Positions 58,543 to 64,000 of a stretch of DNA of 64,000 bases are shown in pieces. Under the pieces are notes generated by a model. It did not search any database and had not been told where the DNA came from. It was given only the letters and a program-made list of their open reading frames with translations. Position numbers and translations under genes: made by a program. The DNA is from Acidimicrobiales bacterium. GTDB taxonomy: Bacteria > Actinomycetota > Acidimicrobiia > Acidimicrobiales > Aldehydirespiratoraceae. Positions within the stretch are counted from its first letter, which is position 1; the number at the start of each line of letters is the position of its first letter. The stretch is taken from assembly GCA_029247365.1 (NCBI GenBank), contig JAQWLJ010000046.1, positions 11,158 through 75,157 on the forward strand, read 5' to 3'.

Positions 58543-59676
58543 TCAGCCCCGATCGCCATATGCATTGAGCACGAGTCCGTGGAAATGATGTAGTCCGTGC
58601 TCAGACAGGCCCGACCCGCCGGGGTCGTTCACGATGCGCCCTTGCTCGAATGCAGGAGTGCGCATTCCGCGCTGCACGCTTTCGACGAGGTTGATGTCCT
58701 CGACCTGTAAGACCTCGTCAAGGTACCGGATCGACGCCAACTCGGCCTCGTTCGGATCGGCGGACTCGAAAAAGAAATCGTACGTCTCGTAGGTGAGGTC
58801 GGGGCCAGCCGGTATGACGTGCAAGATGATGATGTTGCCTCGCCCGGGGTAGCGCATCATGCAGGTATTGGGCCAGAGCCACCAGACCGCGTGGTCGGTG
58901 ACGGTTGCGTCATCGACGTCGTAGGCCGTGTTGGCCGCCTTGCCAGCCTCGGCCAGGTGTGAGCTGTAGATGCCGTGCGTCGTCACCTCGTATGTCTCCA
59001 TGTCAACGAGCGACACGAAGTCCTTGTGAGCAACGTGGCAGTGGTAGCACTCGAGAAAATTATCGATGACGTTTTTCCAGTTGGACTCGATCGTGTACTC
59101 GAGGCGGTGTGCAAACGTCAGCTGTTCGACGTCGGGTGCCCACTGTGCGATCTCGGCACCGAGCTCGCCCGCCTGCTCATGCAACGACGCCGCCGCCGGG
59201 TCGAGGTTCACGAAGACAAATCCACCAAATTCGGTGATCTGCACCTCGTCGAGGCAGATGTCGGTCAGGTCGAAGTCAGCAAGATGCTGCGTGTGGCGGG
59301 CGGCTTTCAGCTGACCGGTCAGGTCATAGGACCACGCATGGTACGGGCACACGAGGTTGTTGACCGTTCCCGAACCCTCCACCAGGTGATGCGCACGGTG
59401 CTTGCAGACGTTGTAGAAGCAACGGAGCACACCATCGGCAGCACGGATGGCAACGATTGGCATAGTGGCGATCGTGTCCGTCACGTAGTTGCCCGGATCA
59501 CGCAACCGCTCGCTGTGGCACAGCCACTGCCACGTGCAACCGATGATCCGCTGCTGATCGGCCTCGAACCAGCGCTGCTGCGTGTAGGCATCGGCATGCA
59601 GCGACAGCGACGAGCTTGGGTCCCGATGCCATCCCTGACCGATGGAGACCGGCGAGGCCGGGTTCGGTGAGCTCAT
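58543..59676 (-). CDS. Rieske [2Fe-2S] non-heme-iron oxygenase alpha subunit (choline/carnitine/glycine-betaine monooxygenase-like group)
   Basis: Rieske motif CKHRAHHL…CPYHAWSY and mononuclear iron motif ECYHCHVAHKD. No reductase partner is adjacent. Confidence 0.88.
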   Translation of the reverse strand: MSSPNPASPVSIGQGWHRDPSSSLSLHADAYTQQRWFEADQQRIIGCTWQWLCHSERLRDPGNYVTDTIATMPIVAIRAADGVLRCFYNVCKHRAHHLVEGSGTVNNLVCPYHAWSYDLTGQLKAARHTQHLADFDLTDICLDEVQITEFGGFVFVNLDPAAASLHEQAGELGAEIAQWAPDVEQLTFAHRLEYTIESNWKNVIDNFLECYHCHVAHKDFVSLVDMETYEVTTHGIYSSHLAEAGKAANTAYDVDDATVTDHAVWWLWPNTCMMRYPGRGNIIILHVIPAGPDLTYETYDFFFESADPNEAELASIRYLDEVLQVEDINLVESVQRGMRTPAFEQGRIVNDPGGSGLSEHGLHHFHGLVLNAYGDRG

Positions 59677-59685
59677 CGGTGGAAC

Positions 59686-60435
59686 CTACAGGCCGTCCCA
59701 GAACGCCGTCATGGCGTTGACGGCTTCGTCAAGGTCAGCGGTCATCCACCAGTGACCTCGGCCCGGCAGCGGCGTGTGACACGCCCCGAGCCGTTCAGCC
59801 GTCGACACGCCGAGTTCAGCCGAAACGTACGGGTCATCGAGTGCCGAAATGATGTGGGCTGGTCGTGGGTCGGCTGCATCGAGTCGGGCGCTCAGCTCGG
59901 CTTGGTAGGGCTGCGCCCCGGCCCGGTAGAGAGTGAGCACACATTCCCCCATCGCACGATCGACCGCGGCCGCCATCCGCTCAGCGATGCCGGCCGGTGC
60001 TCCGAAGCTCTCAAACATCGCGACCTTGTCGCCTTGGGGGGTGCTCACCATTGCGGCGATCGCCTCCTCCCCCACCTCGGGCGTCTGCCAGATCTGAGCC
60101 ATGTCGTGCCAGACGTAGTCAGGATGGATCAGACCGCCACAGTCGATCGTGAACGAACGGATCAGATCCGGGTACGCCGCGGCAAGGCCAGCCACGTGGC
60201 CGGTTCCCCAGTCATGGCCGACGAGGTCGATCGGGCCGGCGAGTTCGCGCAGTTCCGCCGCCAACCACTCGACATACCCAGCGGGTGTCGCGCCAAACCC
60301 GGCAGGTACCGGCGCGCCGAATCCAGGTGGCGACAACAAGACACAGTCGTCTACCCCACGTTCGGCTAGTGCTGCGACGAGCGGACTCCAGACCGCATCA
60401 CACTCGGGGTTTCCATGGACGAAGACCTTCGGCAT
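59686..60435 (-). CDS. Alpha/beta-fold hydrolase
   Basis: VFVHGNP… and the nucleophile-elbow-like GHDWG. 249 aa. Confidence 0.75.
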   Translation of the reverse strand: MPKVFVHGNPECDAVWSPLVAALAERGVDDCVLLSPPGFGAPVPAGFGATPAGYVEWLAAELRELAGPIDLVGHDWGTGHVAGLAAAYPDLIRSFTIDCGGLIHPDYVWHDMAQIWQTPEVGEEAIAAMVSTPQGDKVAMFESFGAPAGIAERMAAAVDRAMGECVLTLYRAGAQPYQAELSARLDAADPRPAHIISALDDPYVSAELGVSTAERLGACHTPLPGRGHWWMTADLDEAVNAMTAFWDGL

Positions 60436-60444
60436 GGGATGACC

Positions 60445-61314
60445 CTAGGCGGCGAGCCGAGCTGTCGTCTCCCAGCGAGCGAGTGTGCCGACGACAAGCC
60501 CCACGAGGATCACCGCCGCCCCAATGAACGTCTGGACCGGGGGCTGTTCGCTGAAAAACAGCCATGCCCAAGCCGATGCCGCAATGGTCTCGACCGGGGT
60601 GAAAAGCGCCACTTCAGCAGCAGGCGAGTATCTCGGCGCCGACGTGTGGCATAGGCGACCGAGCGGATTGAAGAGGAGGCCCATGCCGGCGCAGGCCAGA
60701 TACACGCGGCTGTCTTGGTGGAACGGTTCAGCGAACGGCACCGATAGAGCCATAGCGACCGACGCAGCGATCGCCAGCCCAACGAACCGGCTCTGGTGGG
60801 GAAAGCGCCGCCAGATGTTCATGTTCGTCGCAAACGCCGTGATCGCGCCAAGAGCAAGCAGATCACCGGCCAAGTTCGGCGACCCGATCGACGCGAACAC
60901 CACCACGAGGACGCCGACCAAAGTGATGAGGATTGCGACCCATACCCGACCATCGGTGCGTTCATGGAAGAACAGCCGTCCGATCACCGCGGCCAGGACC
61001 GGCGACGCCGCAACGATCACCACGACGTTCGCAACCTCGGTATGGCTCAATGCGCCGATAAAGAAGAGTTGGCTGCAGCCCGAGAGCACACCGACCGCCA
61101 GCAAGCCCCTGGGGAACGCCCGAAACCGTTCAACCGGCCGCCCGCCTTCAACGAAGCGCTGCAGCGTGAGCTGCACCAGTAACGAGAACGAGGACACCAC
61201 GAACGCAATGGTCCACGGATCGGTGTCGGCGAGGCGAACGAAAAACGAGTCGGTCGAGACCAGCAGCATGCCGAGGGCGGCGAGAGCCCACCCCCGGGGG
61301 CGACCTTCCAACAT
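60445..61314 (-). CDS. DMT-superfamily (EamA) transporter
   Basis: About 10 TM helices in two EamA-like halves. Confidence 0.8.
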   Translation of the reverse strand: MLEGRPRGWALAALGMLLVSTDSFFVRLADTDPWTIAFVVSSFSLLVQLTLQRFVEGGRPVERFRAFPRGLLAVGVLSGCSQLFFIGALSHTEVANVVVIVAASPVLAAVIGRLFFHERTDGRVWVAILITLVGVLVVVFASIGSPNLAGDLLALGAITAFATNMNIWRRFPHQSRFVGLAIAASVAMALSVPFAEPFHQDSRVYLACAGMGLLFNPLGRLCHTSAPRYSPAAEVALFTPVETIAASAWAWLFFSEQPPVQTFIGAAVILVGLVVGTLARWETTARLAA

Positions 61315-61316
61315 GC

Positions 61317-61919
61317 TCAGCGCTGGTCTGCAAGGCTGGAGGCGAGAGCCCGGAACGCCCGCCCCCGGTGCGAGATTTCGTGTTTGTCGTGACCCATCTG
61401 CGCGAATGTTCGCCCGTCAGCCTCGTCGGGCACAAAGACGGGGTCATAGCCGAACCCGCCCGCGCCGGTTGGCCCGCGTGCAATGTGACCTTCCACGACA
61501 CCCTCAACACAAAGCTCACGTCCGTCGGGCCACACCACCATCACTGCGGTGCGGAACCGGGCTCGCCGCTGGGTCGGCGTGGCAGCGCCGACCCGGTCGA
61601 GCTCGGCGAGAAGCTTGTCGACATTGTCTTGGTAGCTGGCATCCGCGCCGGCATAGCGGGCGGAGAAGACCCCCGGGGCACCATCGAGCGCGTCGACCTC
61701 AAGCCCAGTGTCATCGCTCACCGCCGCGGCACCGGCGGCTTTGCAGACCGCGGCGGCTTTGAGTCGCGCATTGCCCTCGAGATCGGAAGCGTCCTCGACG
61801 ACCTCGCCGAGGTTGCTTGGTCGCGGACGGAGCTCGACGAGCCCGTCGAGAACCAGTGCGATCTCAGCGACCTTGTCGGGGTTGGCGCTGCCACAGACGA
61901 GACGAGGCAGCCCAGCCAT
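61317..61919 (-). CDS. rdgB: Non-canonical purine NTP pyrophosphatase (RdgB/HAM1)
   Basis: SANPDKVAEI, GFGYDPVF and ISHRGRAF. The ATG overlaps the rph stop by 1 nt. Confidence 0.9.
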   Translation of the reverse strand: MAGLPRLVCGSANPDKVAEIALVLDGLVELRPRPSNLGEVVEDASDLEGNARLKAAAVCKAAGAAAVSDDTGLEVDALDGAPGVFSARYAGADASYQDNVDKLLAELDRVGAATPTQRRARFRTAVMVVWPDGRELCVEGVVEGHIARGPTGAGGFGYDPVFVPDEADGRTFAQMGHDKHEISHRGRAFRALASSLADQR

Positions 61920-62662
61920 CAGCGCCCCGGCGTACGAGGCGACGGCGCGTCGGCCAGAACAGCCCGCTGCGCATCGGCGATCGTGGCCACCCCGCCCTCA
62001 GCCAGATCGAGCAGTTGATCGAGTTCAGCTCGACTGAAGGTGTTGCCCTCGGCAGTGCCCTGGATCTCGATGAGCTGGCCGTTGCCGTCCATGATCACGT
62101 TGCAGTCGACGTCGGCGGTCGAGTCCTCGGGGTACGGGAGGTCGAGTACCGGCTGGCCGTTGACGATGCCAACAGAGATGGCAACGCACTCGGTCGTGAG
62201 CGGGTTGGCCGGGATGCGGCCAGCCTGCACGAGACGCTCACAGGCATCGTGCAAAGCGACGAAGGCACCACAGATCGAGGCGGTGCGGGTGCCACCATCA
62301 GCCTGCAGGACGTCACAGTCGAGACGGATCGAGTTCTCGCCGAGTGCCTTCATGTTGGTGACCGCTCGAAGGGAGCGGCCGATCAACCGCTCGATCTCCT
62401 GGGTCCGGCCCTTCGCCCCGCGACGCTCCCGGCCGATCCGTTCCGGTGACGAGCCGGGCAGCATGGAGTACTCGGCAGTGACCCAACCCTCACCCTTGCC
62501 CTTCATCCATCGAGGCACGTCGTCCTCGACCGACGCAGTGCAGAGCACTCGAGTCTCACCGAACGTCACAAGGCACGAACCCATCGTCATCGTGGTGAAG
62601 TCGCGGGTGAACGAGAACGGGCGGAGTTCGTCGGGCGCACGCCCGTCGTAGCGAGTGGACAC
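61919..62662 (-). CDS. rph: Ribonuclease PH
   Basis: RxDGR ([11 protein letters not shown]), GRSLRA and [12 protein letters not shown] start. Confidence 0.95.
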   Translation of the reverse strand: MSTRYDGRAPDELRPFSFTRDFTTMTMGSCLVTFGETRVLCTASVEDDVPRWMKGKGEGWVTAEYSMLPGSSPERIGRERRGAKGRTQEIERLIGRSLRAVTNMKALGENSIRLDCDVLQADGGTRTASICGAFVALHDACERLVQAGRIPANPLTTECVAISVGIVNGQPVLDLPYPEDSTADVDCNVIMDGNGQLIEIQGTAEGNTFSRAELDQLLDLAEGGVATIADAQRAVLADAPSPRTPGR

Positions 62663-62686
62663 AGGGTCTCCTGGTCGGTGGAGGAA

Positions 62687-63442
62687 TCAGATCTCGAAAG
62701 TCAACCCGGGGAGGGCGACCTCGACCGGGCCACCGTAGGCGGCTTCGGCCTCGGTGCGGTGCGCATCGGGGTTCGATCCAGGGACGAGATGCGTAAGAAC
62801 GAGCCGGCGAACAGCTGCCTCGCCCGCTCGCAGCGCTGCCTCGCGTGCGCTCATATGAGGAATGCCCCGGCCCTCGAATTCCTGAAGATGGCTGGCATCG
62901 GAGAACGCAACATCGATCGGGTCATCGATGCCGTCGACGGTGGCGTAGTCCCAACCCGGTCCGGAGTCGGCCGTGAAGACGAAGGATCGGCCGACGCAAT
63001 CGACCCGAGGGCCGAGTGTTTCGACAGGATGATCGGCCAACCCAAAGCGCCAGCGTTGGTCGCCGATGGTGAGCTCAGACGACGGGTCAATTGTGGTCCA
63101 CACAAACGGCGTGTCCCTGCCAATCGTGATGTCGGTGTTGAGTTGGGCGGTCTCGGCAGTGCCGAAGACCGGGACCCCGCTTCGCTTCACAAAGTACAAA
63201 AACACGTTGCGAAGCACCGGCAACTCGAGCCAGTGATCGGGGTGTGAATGGGTGAGAACAATCGCGTCGAGTTCACTGAGCTCGATCTCGCGCTGCAGCG
63301 GGCCAAGCGTTCCCGGGCCCGCATCGAGTAGGACCGTGGCGCCATCGCTGCGAACGAGGTAGCCGCTGCAGGGGTTGTCAGCGGAGGCATAGCTACCCGA
63401 CGAACCGAGGATGGTGACCCGGAACGTCACGAGCTGCTCCAC
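62687..63442 (-). CDS. MBL-fold metallo-hydrolase
   Basis: LTHSHPDH motif with a later Asp/His set. 251 aa. Confidence 0.8.
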   Translation of the reverse strand: MEQLVTFRVTILGSSGSYASADNPCSGYLVRSDGATVLLDAGPGTLGPLQREIELSELDAIVLTHSHPDHWLELPVLRNVFLYFVKRSGVPVFGTAETAQLNTDITIGRDTPFVWTTIDPSSELTIGDQRWRFGLADHPVETLGPRVDCVGRSFVFTADSGPGWDYATVDGIDDPIDVAFSDASHLQEFEGRGIPHMSAREAALRAGEAAVRRLVLTHLVPGSNPDAHRTEAEAAYGGPVEVALPGLTFEI

Positions 63443-64000
63443 CGGTGCGCAACCACAGTGTCAAGTTCAGGACCGAGGAGCTGGCGACCGAGCCGAGCGA
63501 ACATATCGACGTCACCACTCGATACGAACGTGTGCGTACCGCGACGCTCGCTCGCGCCAAACTCATCGACGGGGCCGGCCGCGCGCATGAGCGAGAAGGC
63601 CGTCTCGTCCGCCGACGAGACCAGCACCACATCGGGTCCGAGCACGTCGGCGATGGTACGCGCCAAGAACGGGTAGTGCGTACAGCCGAGCAACAACGCG
63701 TCGACCTTGGCATCGATGACCGGTGCGAGGAGTCGCTGGGCGAGGACGTGGACCTGCTCGCTCTCGGTCTCGCCCCGCTCGACGAACTCGACGAATCCCG
63801 GGCATGCGGCGCACGTCAGATCGACGTGGGGGGCGACGGCTTCGGCGGCTCGCTGATACGCGCCGCTCGCAACCGTGCCGACGGTGCCAATGATGCCAAC
63901 CCGACCCGTGAGCGTGACCGAGAGCAGCGAGTTGAGGCCCGGCTCGAGGACACCGATCACGGGGAGGTCGTACCGCGCCTGGAGCCCGTCGAGCGCCACG
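63427..64000 (-). CDS. murI: Glutamate racemase (N-terminus lies beyond the window end)
   Basis: ACPGFVEFVE and LLGCTHYPFL (second catalytic Cys). The ORF runs off the 3' edge of the window. Confidence 0.9.
   Translation of the reverse strand, partial: VALDGLQARYDLPVIGVLEPGLNSLLSVTLTGRVGIIGTVGTVASGAYQRAAEAVAPHVDLTCAACPGFVEFVERGETESEQVHVLAQRLLAPVIDAKVDALLLGCTHYPFLARTIADVLGPDVVLVSSADETAFSLMRAAGPVDEFGASERRGTHTFVSSGDVDMFARLGRQLLGPELDTVVAHRWSSS

Noticed and set aside
1-64000. Search for CRISPR arrays, transposases, integrases, phage genes, toxin-antitoxin pairs or known defence-system signatures.
   Set aside because: I recognised none in any frame. Gene content is core metabolism and housekeeping plus catabolic clusters, so I do not claim a novel defence or mobile system here.

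Overview
GC-rich 64-kb chromosomal segment that looks actinobacterial. This is inferred from F420-type LLM, DUF6285/APH, RamB-like and IclR-hut genes plus tRNAs lacking encoded CCA; an Acidimicrobiia-like origin is only a guess. I support about 65 protein-coding genes and 4 tRNAs (Arg-TCT, His-GTG, Lys-CTT, Leu-TAG). I found no rRNA, CRISPR array, transposase, integrase or recognisable phage or defence genes. Main blocks in order: (1) phoH-ybeY-corC-era operon. (2) Glyoxylate-shunt locus ramB / aceB-aceA. (3) Membrane proteins, cfa and a tRNA cluster. (4) D-aminoacylase and a P450. (5) Histidine-utilisation locus iclR-hutH / hutU-def-hutF-hutI. (6) GntR / creatinase / gamma-butyrobetaine-hydroxylase-like dioxygenase. 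(7) DEAD-box helicase. (8) Lipid-type catabolic genes (LLM, SDR, two crotonases, ACAD, APH, amidohydrolases). (9) Two M15 cell-wall peptidases, one with three SLH repeats. (10) selO, ridA, add, udk, rpe, clpP, rph-rdgB and murI. I see no clear self-contained novel system such as a defence island. The observations I rate highest are: a peptide-deformylase homolog translationally coupled inside a hut operon that uses HutF but has no HutG; a PEP-utilising phosphohistidine swivel domain fused to a SAM methyltransferase; in-frame TAG codons interrupting otherwise well-conserved aceB and add genes, although TAG is a normal terminator here; a homopolymer frameshift in a hypothetical gene; and two stretches (49.5-50.0 kb and 50.4-51.1 kb) with weak or conflicting coding signal. 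All functional calls rest on motifs and remembered family consensus. No database search was run, and start codons are inferred.
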